Assembly: GCA_030427255.1 (NCBI GenBank)
Contig: JAUHWY010000018.1
Coordinates: 2,359-66,358 of the forward strand
Reading direction: 5' to 3'
From: Bacteroidia bacterium
GTDB lineage: Bacteria; Bacteroidota; Bacteroidia; CAIKAF01
DNA length: 64,000 nt
The translations under genes were made by a program, and so were the position numbers. Below, in pieces: positions 10,023 to 20,433 of the stretch (position 1 is the stretch's first letter; each line of letters begins with the position of its first letter). Under the pieces are notes generated by a model. That model was given only the letters and a program-made list of their open reading frames with translations. It did no database searches and was not told the origin of the DNA.

Positions 10023-10090
10023 AATAAATGAATTCATTTATAACATTGGGCGATTCTTTTTAAGAAATCTATGATAAGGTGGAAGGGCAA

Positions 10091-10543
10091 TGGTGAATGA
10101 TGAATGATGAATGATAAATGATAAATGATGAATGATAAATGATGAGGTAAAGACGGGATGCCTCCCGTCTCTCCATGATGATGTAAAGACGGGACATTTC
10201 CCGTCTCCGAATGATGAGGTAAAGACGGGATATCTCCCGTCTCCGAATGATGATGTAAAGACGGGATGCCTCCCGTCTCTCAATGATAAGGTAAAGACGA
10301 GATATCTCCCGTCTCTCCATGATGAGGTAAAGACGGGACATTTCCCGTCTCCGAATGATGATGTAAAGACGGGATGCCTCCCGTCTCTCAATGATAAATG
10401 ATGAGGTAAAGACGGGATGCCTCCCGTCTCTCCATGATAAGGTAAAGACGGGACATTTCCCGTCTCTGAATGATAAGGTAAAGACGGGATGCCTCCCGTC
10501 TCTCAATGATGAGGTAAAGACGGGATGCCTCCCGTCTCTCAAT
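10091..10543 (+). repeat. Composite array: 7 TGATGAA-type heptamers + 11 x 36-bp REP-like hairpin units
   Basis: Units GAT(G/A)A(G/T)GTAAAGACG-N10-CGTCTC..AT at 10141-10392 (7 units) and 10400-10543 (4 units); no unique spacers. Confidence 0.92.
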
Positions 10544-10666
10544 GGGCCTTTATGTACACTTTTCGGCGGTTAAGGTAGACCTAGTTTAAGATAAAGAGGA
10601 TTAAACTCCTGCCCTTAGTTTTTTGACCTTTCCACAGATGTGATTCAACCTAGAGTGGAGGGTTTT

Positions 10667-10819
10667 CAAAGAATGGCCCCCCGGCCAAATGGAGGGCCGT
10701 CCGATGCCGGAAAGCTGCCATGGCGCAGGCGAGGAAGCGGTGCCGATACTTCGGGAAAGCTACCGGAGCCCCGCCATGGCGCTTTCCGGCGAGGAAGACC
10801 GGAGTTAGGGCCGGATAGA
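10667..10819 (+). repeat. GC-rich long-hairpin repeat, family B
   Basis: Starts CAAAGAATGGCCCCCCGGCC (identical at 38736), stem GCCGGAAAGC..GCCATGGCG/CGCCATGGC..GCTTTCCGGC, ends GGGCCGGATAGA. Confidence 0.75.
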
Positions 10820-10855
10820 ATATATGGACATACTACGAAGCAGGGGCCCCAAGGC

Positions 10856-10885
10856 AAAAAAAAAGCAGCTCAAGGAGCTGCTTTT
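10856..10885 (-). terminator. Rho-independent terminator after the DUF2911 gene
   Basis: AAAAGCAGCTC-AAG-GAGCTGCTTTT hairpin with T-run on the minus strand. Confidence 0.8.
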
Positions 10886-10902
10886 GTGGTGAGGTGGATT
10901 GC

Positions 10903-11733
10903 CTATTTCTTTTTCCATTCTTCAATGGAGTCGGTGTTGAGGCGCACGTAGTCCTCGTTTCCGGCTTCTTTGGCTTGGGCAATGGATTTTTCTGCCGTGG
11001 CGATGGCGTTTTTGTAGTCGCCCATTTTGGCTTGAATGAGTGCTTTTTGACGCAGCACCCAAAAACGCTCTTCCATTTCGAGGCTTTTGTTGATCCATTC
11101 GAGGGCCTGATTGAGGTCGCGGTTGGTGTCGTAGTAGTAGCGTGCGGCTTGGAAATAGGAGGTGGCCGAAACGTTGAGTGCTTCGCGGATGTTGGCGAGC
11201 ACCTTATCGTCAACCGAGGTTTCCACCTTGAAGGAGACCTTGCTGGTTTCCCAGCTGATTTCTACAAAGGCCGAGTTTCGGGTAATGTAGTTGAAATCAA
11301 TGGTGAAGGTTTCGGTAAAGGGTACGATTTCCGGTTTGGTTTTAATGCGCACCACGTCCTTAGCTTCGTCGTAGCGTGAGGTTCCTCCTTGATTCCAAAC
11401 GCTGTTTAAGATGAGTGTCCACTCTTGCGCGCCCGGAATGCTGAAGAGGCTGTATTTTCCGGGTGCCAGGTTTTTACCGCTAATGGTTACGGAGTCAGAA
11501 AACTCAATAACGGTAGCCATGTTGGCGCCGGTTCTCCACAGTTTACCGAAGGGCACCAAGTCACCAAAAATTTTGCGGCCGCGTGCACTGGGACGGGAAT
11601 AAGTGATGGTAGCGTCCATTAAGCCAATGGCTTGTTTGAGTTCGGCTTTTGGGCTGGGTTGGGGCATTTCGATTTGTGCTTGCAAAGGAGCAAGGGCTCC
11701 CAACAAGATTCCTACACAAAGGGCTTTATACAT
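10903..11733 (-). CDS. DUF2911 domain secreted protein with C-terminal TPR-like helices
   Basis: PQPSP, YSRPSARGRKIFGDLVPFGKLWRTGAN signature. Confidence 0.85.
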   Translation of the reverse strand: MYKALCVGILLGALAPLQAQIEMPQPSPKAELKQAIGLMDATITYSRPSARGRKIFGDLVPFGKLWRTGANMATVIEFSDSVTISGKNLAPGKYSLFSIPGAQEWTLILNSVWNQGGTSRYDEAKDVVRIKTKPEIVPFTETFTIDFNYITRNSAFVEISWETSKVSFKVETSVDDKVLANIREALNVSATSYFQAARYYYDTNRDLNQALEWINKSLEMEERFWVLRQKALIQAKMGDYKNAIATAEKSIAQAKEAGNEDYVRLNTDSIEEWKKK

Positions 11734-11914
11734 GAGCTAAATGTTTGATTGATATTTTAATACAGCAAATAAACCAAAGATTAGAAATTTGGTTCGCGTC
11801 AAAGATGCAAAAATTAAGTGAGCAGGAGCAAGAAGGATGCTGAAGCCCAAGGAATGGGGAAAAGGATAAAGAAAAGGAAGCCTTAAGCTAAGATGGGGTT
11901 GTTGGGTATGGCCT

Positions 11915-12913
11915 TTACTTTGGGTCGTAGGCCCAGCGCACCAAAACGGCTCCCCAGGTGAAGCCACCCCCAAAGGCCGAGAGCACGAGGTAATCGCCTT
12001 TTTTGAGCTGTTTTTCGTAGTCCCAAAGGCAGAGCGGTAGCGTTCCGGCGGTGGTATTTCCGTATTTATGGATGTTGAGCATTACCTTTTCCGGTCCGAG
12101 CCCCATGCGTTGAGCCGTGGCGTCAATGATGCGTTTGTTGGCCTGGTGGGGAACCAACCAAGCGATGTCTTCGGCATTTAGTCCGTTGCGCTCCATAACT
12201 TGCGCAGAAACTTCAGCCATGTTGTTTACGGCAAACTTAAAAACAGCTTGTCCCTCTTGGTATACAAAGTGTTCGCGTGCATCAACGGTGGCATGGCTGG
12301 CAGGTCTGCGGCTTCCTCCTGCTTTTTGATGCAGGAATTGCGCTCCTGAACCATCGGATTTTAGGATGCTGTCCATGATGCCGTATGGTTCGTCTGAAGC
12401 TTCGAGCAAGACCGCACCGGCACCGTCTCCAAAAATGATGCAGGTAGCTCGATCGGTATAATCGATGATGGAGCTCATTTTATCGCCGCCAATGACCACC
12501 ACTTTTTTGTAGGTACCTGCTTCAATGAATTTAGCTCCTGTAACCAGGGCATAAATAAATCCGGAACAAGCGGCATTGATGTCGTAGCTAAATGCATTAA
12601 CGGCTCCTACTGCATCGGATACGATGTTTGCGGTTGCCGGGAATTGCATATCCGGAGTTACGGTAGCGCAAATGATTAAGTCTATTTCTGCGGGGTCAAG
12701 GCCTCTTTTTTTGAGGAGTCCATTTACGGCTTCGATAGCCATAACGGATGTTCCTTTGTCTTTGCCTTTAAGAATGCGTCTTTCGGCGATACCTGTACGG
12801 GACATAATCCATTCGTCGTTGGTATCTACCATTTGTTCCAGCTCTTTGTTGGTAAGCTTATCGGGGGGAACATAGCCCTCCACAGCGGTTATGGCTGCGT
12901 AGGTATCAGGCAT
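11915..12913 (-). CDS. fabH: 3-oxoacyl-ACP synthase III
   Basis: AACSGF, PHQAN, YGNT and FGGGFTWG motifs. Confidence 0.95.
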   Translation of the reverse strand: MPDTYAAITAVEGYVPPDKLTNKELEQMVDTNDEWIMSRTGIAERRILKGKDKGTSVMAIEAVNGLLKKRGLDPAEIDLIICATVTPDMQFPATANIVSDAVGAVNAFSYDINAACSGFIYALVTGAKFIEAGTYKKVVVIGGDKMSSIIDYTDRATCIIFGDGAGAVLLEASDEPYGIMDSILKSDGSGAQFLHQKAGGSRRPASHATVDAREHFVYQEGQAVFKFAVNNMAEVSAQVMERNGLNAEDIAWLVPHQANKRIIDATAQRMGLGPEKVMLNIHKYGNTTAGTLPLCLWDYEKQLKKGDYLVLSAFGGGFTWGAVLVRWAYDPK

Positions 12914-13856
12914 GGGCCAGGGATTGTTTAATTTGTTCGGGGAGGCCATTCCGAGCAATATCCCATGAAAGACGAATCATGTGTTGGATGGCAGTAGGGC
13001 TAGAGATTCCATGACCAACCACTACGGGTCGGTTTACGCCTAAAATAGGCGATCCTCCATAAATCTCGTAATTTAATCGATCAAAGAAGGGGTGGCTGTT
13101 TAAACCGGCTTCTTTGGCAAATTCGTAGAACGTTTCGGCCAATTTCACCACTACATTACCGGTAAAACCGCTGGTAACTACAACATCGGCTTTGTCGGTA
13201 AACACATCACGGCCTTCGATATTACCGATAAAATTAATGTCACGGCATTCGGCCAGAAGTTTATGTCCGGCTATGGTAATGGCGTTTCCTTTTTCGGGTT
13301 CTTCGCCAATGGAGAGGAGGCCGATTTTGGGGTTGGAAATTTTGAGGATTTCTCTTGCGTACACAGAGCCCAGGACAGCCAGGTCGACTAAGTTCTCGGC
13401 TTTGGTATCGGCAATGGCTCCAACGTCGAGCATAACTCCATCCTTTCCACCATGAATGCGTGGAAGTGTGCTTAGCAAACAGGGCCTAAGATCGTCTCTA
13501 ACCACACCGGTTTTGAGGACAGCACCTACCAGCATGGCTCCGGTGTTACCGGCGGAGCAAAAAGCATCGATTTTACCTTCGCTAAGGTAATTTAGCCCAA
13601 CGGCGATGCTGGAATCTTGTTTTTCTTGGAGTGCACGAACGGGGCTGCTACCCATTAGAATGACTTCTTCGCAGGGGACTAGGCTAAGATTAGCGGCTAA
13701 TTCCTTGTGGTCATTTACGAAGGCATTCAGAAGGTTTTCCTGACCAAATAGGGTAATATGGAACTGTCCGGCCCAAGCATTGAGCGCGAGCTTGACCCCT
13801 TCCAAGGTAGCATCGGGGGCAAAATCCCCACCCATGATATCGATGCCGATGTTCAT
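12906..13856 (-). CDS. plsX: Phosphate acyltransferase PlsX
   Basis: IDIMGGDFAP, SAGNTGA, FIGNIEGRD, GFTGNV; rpmF-plsX-fabH synteny. Confidence 0.93.
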   Translation of the reverse strand: MNIGIDIMGGDFAPDATLEGVKLALNAWAGQFHITLFGQENLLNAFVNDHKELAANLSLVPCEEVILMGSSPVRALQEKQDSSIAVGLNYLSEGKIDAFCSAGNTGAMLVGAVLKTGVVRDDLRPCLLSTLPRIHGGKDGVMLDVGAIADTKAENLVDLAVLGSVYAREILKISNPKIGLLSIGEEPEKGNAITIAGHKLLAECRDINFIGNIEGRDVFTDKADVVVTSGFTGNVVVKLAETFYEFAKEAGLNSHPFFDRLNYEIYGGSPILGVNRPVVVGHGISSPTAIQHMIRLSWDIARNGLPEQIKQSLAHA

Positions 13857-13896
13857 GCTTTGCGTATGCAAAAGAAAATCCGTGAGGATTTTCCGG

Positions 13897-14088
13897 TTAT
13901 TCTGCTGAGGTGGCTTCTACCACCAATTTCCCTTTGTAATAGAGATTGCCATCTACCATGTAAGCACGGTGACGGCGGTGCACGGTACCGGTGTTTGCGC
14001 AAGTAGAGAGGGTAGGCAAAGAAGCCTTGTAATGCGTACGGCGCTTATCGCGGCGTGTTTTCGAGATTTTTCGTTTAGGATGTGCCAT
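13897..14088 (-). CDS. rpmF: 50S ribosomal protein L32
   Basis: [19 protein letters not shown]. Confidence 0.97.
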   Translation of the reverse strand: MAHPKRKISKTRRDKRRTHYKASLPTLSTCANTGTVHRRHRAYMVDGNLYYKGKLVVEATSAE

Positions 14089-14093
14089 AATTT

Positions 14094-14639
14094 CTACGAG
14101 TTATGCTTCAATTTTTTAAGAGCGTCCCAACGGGGGTCGTTTTCAGGTTCTTTTTCTTCGGTTTTGGGCTGGTATTTAGCAATACGTTGGAGCATTTCCG
14201 GGTCGCACTGTTTTTCTCCACTCAAATCCTGACTGCATCTACGAGTCCAAGGGAGCGTTACTTGCATTAGGTCGTTGAGGTAAGGGGCGAGATCAAAAGC
14301 AATTTCATTGGGACCTAAGACCAAAAGATCTTCGTCTTCTGAAGGGTTTGCTTCGGTATCTCCATCGAGCCGCACCACCAAATGTTTATTTCCTTGTAGG
14401 CCTTGGTTGTAGGACTGCAAGCATCGGTCGCAAGACATAGACACCTTTCCCTCAAACTTGATGTGGAACACCAGCATCGAGTCGTCTTTTTGCATGTCCA
14501 CCATAGTTTCAATGTGGCTATGCTCAAAGTCTTCTCGTGTAAAACCATCAAAGAACGCGTCATCCAACACAAAATCATAGTGATGGAGCCCATCTTTCAG
14601 CCCAGTAAACTCAATGTTGTATGGATTGTATGCTTTCAA
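14094..14639 (-). CDS. yceD: YceD/DUF177 family protein
   Basis: CDRCL and [10 protein letters not shown] motifs; upstream of rpmF. Confidence 0.9.
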   Translation of the reverse strand: MKAYNPYNIEFTGLKDGLHHYDFVLDDAFFDGFTREDFEHSHIETMVDMQKDDSMLVFHIKFEGKVSMSCDRCLQSYNQGLQGNKHLVVRLDGDTEANPSEDEDLLVLGPNEIAFDLAPYLNDLMQVTLPWTRRCSQDLSGEKQCDPEMLQRIAKYQPKTEEKEPENDPRWDALKKLKHNS

Positions 14640-14714
14640 GGTGCTGAAAATCGGAGGGCAAAGATAAGTTATGGCGGTTAATTCAACAAATCAAAGTTTG
14701 GGTATACCAAGTGC

Positions 14715-15812
14715 TTAATCATCGCGTTCCCGATCTCTTCGTTTTGAGATTTTGAGTGGGTTAGCCGTAATTTCTACATGCATAGCTCTGCATTTGCGGA
14801 TGTCTAGGGCCTGATAAATGGCCTGCATAAAGGAAGCCGGGTTTGCCTTTCCCGTACCTGCCAAATCAAACGCAGGGCCATGGTCGGGGCTGACCCGAAC
14901 AATGGGTAAACCGGCGGTGAAATTAACGCCTTCAAATCCGGTAATGCTTTTAAACCCGGTGAGTCCTTGGTCATGATACATGGCCAATACACCATCAAAA
15001 TTTCGGTAGTTCCCCGAACCAAAAAATCCGTCGGCAGGGAAAGGGCCTGCTACAAGTAGGTTGTTTTGGCTCCTAAGTTCTTGAAGGGTTGGCAAAATTA
15101 CTTCTTGCTCTTGGTTTCCAAAGCGCCCTTGATCGCTTGCGTGTGGATTTAGGGCCAAAACAGCGATTTTAGGCTTGGTAATGGCAAAGTCTTGAATTAA
15201 GGTTTGGTTAAACCTTAGTATGTGGTCTTTAAGAAGCTTAGGACTAATGGCTTTAGGCACATCTTCCAAGGGCATATGGCCTGTAAGTAAGGCTACCCTT
15301 AAACTCTCGTGGCACATAATCATTTGTGCTTTGCCCGAGGCCTTGTGTTCTAAATATTCGGTGTGTCCCGGAAAGTTCATTCCGGCTTCTACCATAAACG
15401 ATTTGTCCAATGGGGCCGTAATCAAGACATCGGCTTTGCCATTCAATACAGCTTCGGTGGCGGCTTCCAAAGAGGCAAATGCGGCCTGTGCCCCTTCCGG
15501 CGTCCGTTCTCCGGGAGTTGCCAACAAATTGGGCATGTGCTCCTGGATTAGGTTTAATTTTCCTTCCTGGGCCTCTTCTATGGATTTTATTTGATGAAAA
15601 GAAAAGGCATCGAGCTGAAGCTTTTTCTTGTAAAAAGCCATGACTTTTCCACTGGCAAACACCACCGGGGTGCACATAGACAACATGCCCGGGGTTGCAA
15701 AGCACTGCCAAATAATCTCAGGCCCTACACCATTAATGTCACCAACAGAAATTGCAATTAGGGGCTTTTCTGTTGCCTCCGGATAGGTGATTTTGGGAAT
15801 CGGTTTATTCAT
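14715..15812 (-). CDS. pdxA: 4-hydroxythreonine-4-phosphate dehydrogenase
   Basis: GDINGVGPE, FPGHTEYL, LNPHA, AMYHDQGL, SPDHG. Confidence 0.93.
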   Translation of the reverse strand: MNKPIPKITYPEATEKPLIAISVGDINGVGPEIIWQCFATPGMLSMCTPVVFASGKVMAFYKKKLQLDAFSFHQIKSIEEAQEGKLNLIQEHMPNLLATPGERTPEGAQAAFASLEAATEAVLNGKADVLITAPLDKSFMVEAGMNFPGHTEYLEHKASGKAQMIMCHESLRVALLTGHMPLEDVPKAISPKLLKDHILRFNQTLIQDFAITKPKIAVLALNPHASDQGRFGNQEQEVILPTLQELRSQNNLLVAGPFPADGFFGSGNYRNFDGVLAMYHDQGLTGFKSITGFEGVNFTAGLPIVRVSPDHGPAFDLAGTGKANPASFMQAIYQALDIRKCRAMHVEITANPLKISKRRDRERDD

Positions 15813-17181
15813 GGGCTTTCCATTGGGAAATAAATTGGGCTAGAAGTCGAACGCCTGCACCGGTTGCTCCTGAAGTCCAATACGCTTTGGGTGAATTTCT
15901 AAAGGAATTAGCCAAATCCAAATGAATCCAGGGGTAATCGGTAAAGTGTTTTAAGAATATTCCGGCGGTAATGCATCCTGCATAGGGCCCACCGATATTC
16001 TTTAAATCGGCGACCTCCGAGTTAAGTGCATCTTCATAAGCCTGGAGCATGGGCAACTCCACCACTACCTCGCCAACCTTGTCACCGGCAAGTTTCAATT
16101 CGTTCATAAAGGTTTGGGCTTGATGGTGCATGCCTGCCATTGCTTCAAAGCCTAAGGTTCCAACCGCAGATCCGGTAAGGGTAGCTTGGTCAATGACCAA
16201 GGCCGGGTCGTATTTTTTGGCGTACAACAAGGCGTCTGCCAACACCAGTCGTCCTTCGGCATCTGTGTTTAGCACTTCTACGGTTGTGCCATTGCTGTAG
16301 CGAATTACATCTCCGGGTACCAAAGAATCCGGGGCCAATCGATTGTCGGTAAAAGGAATGAGGCCTACAAGATGCATGGGTTGTTTGGTTTTAGCCGCCC
16401 AAACCATAGTGGCAACTACATTGGCGCCACCACACATGTCGGCTTTCATTTCCTCCATTCCCTTAGGATTCTTGAGGCTACTACCACCTGTATCGAACAA
16501 AATCCCTTTGCCCACCAAAACCAAAGGTTTTTGATTTTTTGCTTGGCTACCACGGTATTCTATTACTGCAAAAAGGGGGGGCGTTGCGCTTCCTTTATTG
16601 ACCGACAAAAGACCTTGCATGTTGAGCGACTTTAATGCCGCAGGGCCTAAGCCTTCGTAGTGCAAATCCCATTCGGCCGCCAGTTGTTCCAAGCGCGCAT
16701 GCACTTCTTGAGCATGCAGGGTGTTGTACGGGTCGTTTCCCCAATCTCGGGCAAGCCAAACGCTTTGAATCAACGCTTCCGAATGCTCAAGACCCGCTAT
16801 GTTAGGGCCATGGACGTCAATTTGAAGTTTTTCTTTCCTTAAATAGCTGTAGTTCTTGAGGCCTAGGCCTTCTAAGGCCGGCAAAATATGTTCTGCCCGG
16901 TTGGGGTGCACCAATACCCTACCTTGGTCTTTTTTTAAGGCAGGTGCTGCGCTTCTTACCTCTTCAGCCTCTTTAGCTAATCTCCAAGCATACCAGGTAT
17001 CCTTTCCTTTTTGAACAGACCAAAGGCCTGGCTCCTCCTTGGGTAAGGCTTGCAACCATTCATTTATCCAGCCATCTTCGACTTGCAACCAATCCCGACT
17101 TGGTTCGGAAATGCAAATATGCTGTGCGTAAGCCTCCTTTGGCTCTTGAATGCAGCGTAGTTGTATGGAAGGTTTTTGCAT
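15805..17181 (-). CDS. pepA: M17 leucyl aminopeptidase
   Basis: VGKGILFDTGG, MKADMCG and NTDAEGRL metal-binding motifs. Confidence 0.9.
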   Translation of the reverse strand: MQKPSIQLRCIQEPKEAYAQHICISEPSRDWLQVEDGWINEWLQALPKEEPGLWSVQKGKDTWYAWRLAKEAEEVRSAAPALKKDQGRVLVHPNRAEHILPALEGLGLKNYSYLRKEKLQIDVHGPNIAGLEHSEALIQSVWLARDWGNDPYNTLHAQEVHARLEQLAAEWDLHYEGLGPAALKSLNMQGLLSVNKGSATPPLFAVIEYRGSQAKNQKPLVLVGKGILFDTGGSSLKNPKGMEEMKADMCGGANVVATMVWAAKTKQPMHLVGLIPFTDNRLAPDSLVPGDVIRYSNGTTVEVLNTDAEGRLVLADALLYAKKYDPALVIDQATLTGSAVGTLGFEAMAGMHHQAQTFMNELKLAGDKVGEVVVELPMLQAYEDALNSEVADLKNIGGPYAGCITAGIFLKHFTDYPWIHLDLANSFRNSPKAYWTSGATGAGVRLLAQFISQWKAHE

Positions 17182-17542
17182 AGCAGCAAAGGTAAGAAAA
17201 GGCACTTAGCGAAGCGGCAATTCTTAATTGGCCATTAAAGATCTTTCCCGAAAGGCTTTTCCGGTGCACACTAGATTAATGCCAACCTGACCTTTTGGCC
17301 GTATCAAAGGAAAACCTATCAGTCCTTCGGTTGATAAGAAGGATACAGAGGCTGCAGTCGGCACAGAGGTTTAGCGAACAAAAGGCCATTTTTTTTGAAA
17401 AGGCAGCACTCGTGAAGGTTTTCGTCTTGGTTTTGGTAGTATTTGGGGAGGTATTGCAGCCAAATGCAGGATGAAACTTACGTACTATTGCCGTCCGCAT
17501 AGGATATGTTACCTTTGCATCCCTTTTTTAATGAGGGTTCTT

Positions 17543-18028
17543 ATGAAGAAATTATCCTTAACACTAAACCTTTGGCAACAGGAGGCGAGCTCTTTGCCCG
17601 ACGATGAAAAAGAGTTGTTGGAAAAAGCCCGCGCGCAAGCCTCAACAGCATATGCTCCCTACAGCGCTTTTGGTGTAGGTGCAGCCTTGCTTTTGGCCAA
17701 TGGTGAAATCGTCGCTGCATCCAATCAAGAAAACAGCGCATTCCCTTCCGGAATGTGCGCCGAGCGGGTAGCACTGCAATATGCCGGTGCCCGATACCCC
17801 GGAGTTCCTGTGAAAAAGTTGGTTATTGCTGTAAAATCGGAGCGTAAAACCGCCGATGCTGTTTACGCCCCTTGCGGTGGTTGCCGTCAAGTAATGTCTG
17901 AAACAGAGTACAGACAAAACCAAGAACCAATGGAAATAATTTTTGAAGGTCCCGGCGAAAATGTCACCCGTTGCACGGGAATTTCAGAACTTATGCCCTT
18001 TACTTTCAAGCTCAACAATAAAAGCTGA
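17543..18028 (+). CDS. cdd: Cytidine deaminase
   Basis: AYAPYS, NQENS, CAERVA, PCGGCRQ; TACCTTTG box at 17510-17517 supports the downstream start. Confidence 0.92.
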   Translation: MKKLSLTLNLWQQEASSLPDDEKELLEKARAQASTAYAPYSAFGVGAALLLANGEIVAASNQENSAFPSGMCAERVALQYAGARYPGVPVKKLVIAVKSERKTADAVYAPCGGCRQVMSETEYRQNQEPMEIIFEGPGENVTRCTGISELMPFTFKLNNKS

Positions 18029-18101
18029 GGCATTATAGGCGTTTAGCCTTATGCTTCCACGCTTATTTATCTAACTTTGCACCATCAGATAGATTTGCAT
18101 T

Positions 18102-19121
18102 ATGGCAAAAAGACAAGCCGGTGCCGCAAAAAAAGGCACCCACAGCAAAGAAACTTGGCTAAAATGGTATGAGGAAATGCTCTTGTGGCGCCGCCTCGAA
18201 GAAAAAGCCGGACAAATGTATACCATGGGCAAAATCCGCGGGTTTTGCCACCTTTATATCGGTCAAGAGGCTTTGGTGGCCGGAGCTTGCTCAGCCATTC
18301 GACCCGACGATAACATGATTACTGCCTACAGAAATCACGTGCACCCCCTTGGAAAAGGTATGGAACCCAAGTTTATGATGGCAGAACTTTATGGAAAAGC
18401 CACCGGCTGTTCCGGTGGAAATGGCGGCTCCATGCATATGTTCTCTAAAGAACTACGCTTCTTTGGCGGTCATGGCATTGTGGGCGGACAAATTCCTCTT
18501 GGTGCAGGACTCGGATTTGCCGACGCATATAAAGGTGAAGACCGGGTAACGCTTTGTTATATGGGCGACGGCGCCGTTAGACAAGGCTCTTTCCACGAAA
18601 CCCTTAACTTGGCCATGTTGTGGAAAATTCCCACCATTTTTATCATTGAAAACAACATGTACGCCATGGGTACTTCGGTAGAACGTAGTTCCAACGTTAC
18701 CGATTTGTATAAGTTGGGCTTGGCTTACGATATGCCTTCGGAGCAGGTAGACGGCATGAAGGTAGATGAGTTTCATAAATGCATCGAAAAGGCCGCAGAA
18801 CGCGCCAGAAAAGGCGAAGGACCAACCCTCATTGAAGCAAGGACCTACCGCTACAAAGGACACTCCATGAGTGATCCTCAAAAATACCGTACCAAAGACG
18901 AAGTGGAACAGTACAAGGCTCAAGACCCCATTCTGTACGCTTTGGCCCACCTCCAAAAAAACAATTGGATAACCGACGAAGAACGGGAAACCATCGACGA
19001 TAGGGTAAAGAAACAAGTGCAAGAAGCTGTTGACTTCGCTGAGGAATCACCATTCCCCAGCCCGGAAACCCTTTGGGAAAATGTGTATTCCGACAAATCC
19101 TATCCTTTCATTAAAGACTGA
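18102..19121 (+). CDS. pdhA: Pyruvate dehydrogenase E1 alpha subunit
   Basis: GFCHLYIGQEA, GDGA TPP motif, YRYKGHSMSDP. Confidence 0.95.
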   Translation: MAKRQAGAAKKGTHSKETWLKWYEEMLLWRRLEEKAGQMYTMGKIRGFCHLYIGQEALVAGACSAIRPDDNMITAYRNHVHPLGKGMEPKFMMAELYGKATGCSGGNGGSMHMFSKELRFFGGHGIVGGQIPLGAGLGFADAYKGEDRVTLCYMGDGAVRQGSFHETLNLAMLWKIPTIFIIENNMYAMGTSVERSSNVTDLYKLGLAYDMPSEQVDGMKVDEFHKCIEKAAERARKGEGPTLIEARTYRYKGHSMSDPQKYRTKDEVEQYKAQDPILYALAHLQKNNWITDEERETIDDRVKKQVQEAVDFAEESPFPSPETLWENVYSDKSYPFIKD

Positions 19122-19143
19122 ACCTTTTTATTCTTAAGCAAAC

Positions 19144-20433
19144 ATGGCGGAAATTGTGCGTATGCCGAAACTTAGCGATACCATGACCGAAGGTGTGGTG
19201 GCTGCTTGGCATAAAAATGTGGGCGATAAAGTGCAAGCAGGAGATCTGTTGGCTGAAATTGAAACTGACAAAGCCACCATGGAATTCGAAAGTTTCCAGG
19301 AAGGGGTGCTTTTGCACGTTGGGGTCGAAACCGGCGGGACAGCTCCGGTCGATTCTATTCTTGCCGTATTGGGCAAAGAAGGCGAGGATATTTCTGAGCT
19401 TCTCGCTCAAGAAAAAGAAGCTCCTAAAAAGGAAAGCACCGAAGAAGCACCCAAGCAAGAGTCTGAGCCTACCCAAAAAGAAGCTCCCGCTCCTGCCGCT
19501 AAAGAAAGTACGCCAACGCCTACTCCTCAGGCTTCGGAGTCCGCTTCTCAAACATCACATGGCTTCTCGGACGATCACGGCCGAATTAAAGCTAGCCCTC
19601 TCGCCCGCAGTATGGCCAGAGATAGAGGCATTGACCTCAGAAATGTAAAAGGCTCCGGTGATCAAGGTAGAATTGTCCGAAGAGATATCGAAGACTTTAA
19701 GGGGGCTCCTCTCCCTAGCCTTAACCATTTTTCCGCTGCGCCCGCCGGGGTGGAATCTTCCAGAGATGAAAAGGTGAGCCAAATGCGCAAAACCATTGCG
19801 CGCCGACTTGCAGAAAGCAAGTTTACCGCACCCCACTTTTACCTCACCATGGATATGGACATGGATGAAGTGGTAAAGGCACGCAAAGCCATCAACGAGC
19901 GCTTAGATACCAAGGTGTCTTTCAACGATATCGTAATCAAAGCCGTTGCTCTTGCCCTTAAAAAACACCCGGAAGTCAACGCTTCTTGGTTGGGAGATAC
20001 CATTCGCTACCACGAACATGTACACATGGGAGTTGCCGTAGCAGTTCCCGACGGATTGGTGGTGCCTGTGATTCGACATGCCGACCAAAAAAGCTTGGTA
20101 CACATAGCCTCCGAAGTGCGTGATTTTGCCGGCCGTGCCCGCGAAAAGAAAATACAACCCGACGAAATGCAAGGAAATACCTTCTCCATTTCAAACTTGG
20201 GAATGTACGGTATTGAGGAGTTTACGGCCATCATCAACCCACCCGACGCTTGCATTTTGGCCGTTGGTGCCATACGTCAAGAGCCGGTAGTGAAGGATGG
20301 GCAAATTATGGTAGGCAACCGCATGAAAGTTACCCTTTCCTGCGACCACCGTGTAGTAGACGGAGCCAAAGGCTCCGAGTTTTTGCGCAGCCTTAAAGGT
20401 ATGTTGGAGCAACCTCTCATGATGCTGGCCTAA
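19144..20433 (+). CDS. pdhC: Pyruvate dehydrogenase E2 dihydrolipoamide acetyltransferase
   Basis: Lipoyl ETDKATME, E3-binding ASPLAR, catalytic DHRVVDG. Confidence 0.95.
   Translation: MAEIVRMPKLSDTMTEGVVAAWHKNVGDKVQAGDLLAEIETDKATMEFESFQEGVLLHVGVETGGTAPVDSILAVLGKEGEDISELLAQEKEAPKKESTEEAPKQESEPTQKEAPAPAAKESTPTPTPQASESASQTSHGFSDDHGRIKASPLARSMARDRGIDLRNVKGSGDQGRIVRRDIEDFKGAPLPSLNHFSAAPAGVESSRDEKVSQMRKTIARRLAESKFTAPHFYLTMDMDMDEVVKARKAINERLDTKVSFNDIVIKAVALALKKHPEVNASWLGDTIRYHEHVHMGVAVAVPDGLVVPVIRHADQKSLVHIASEVRDFAGRAREKKIQPDEMQGNTFSISNLGMYGIEEFTAIINPPDACILAVGAIRQEPVVKDGQIMVGNRMKVTLSCDHRVVDGAKGSEFLRSLKGMLEQPLMMLA

Noticed and set aside
10141-10543. CRISPR array (36-bp palindromic repeats)
   Set aside because: Units are head-to-tail with no unique spacers, and there are no cas genes in the window; it fits REP tandem arrays.
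10038-10573. ORFs with repeated peptides (RDGRHPVFTSS, DEVKTGCLPSL)
   Set aside because: Translations of the DNA repeat in several frames; no sign of real coding.
17200-17500. Possible sRNA, riboswitch or small ORF in the pepA-cdd gap
   Set aside because: No recognisable motif or convincing structure; the 74-aa ORF has no support.
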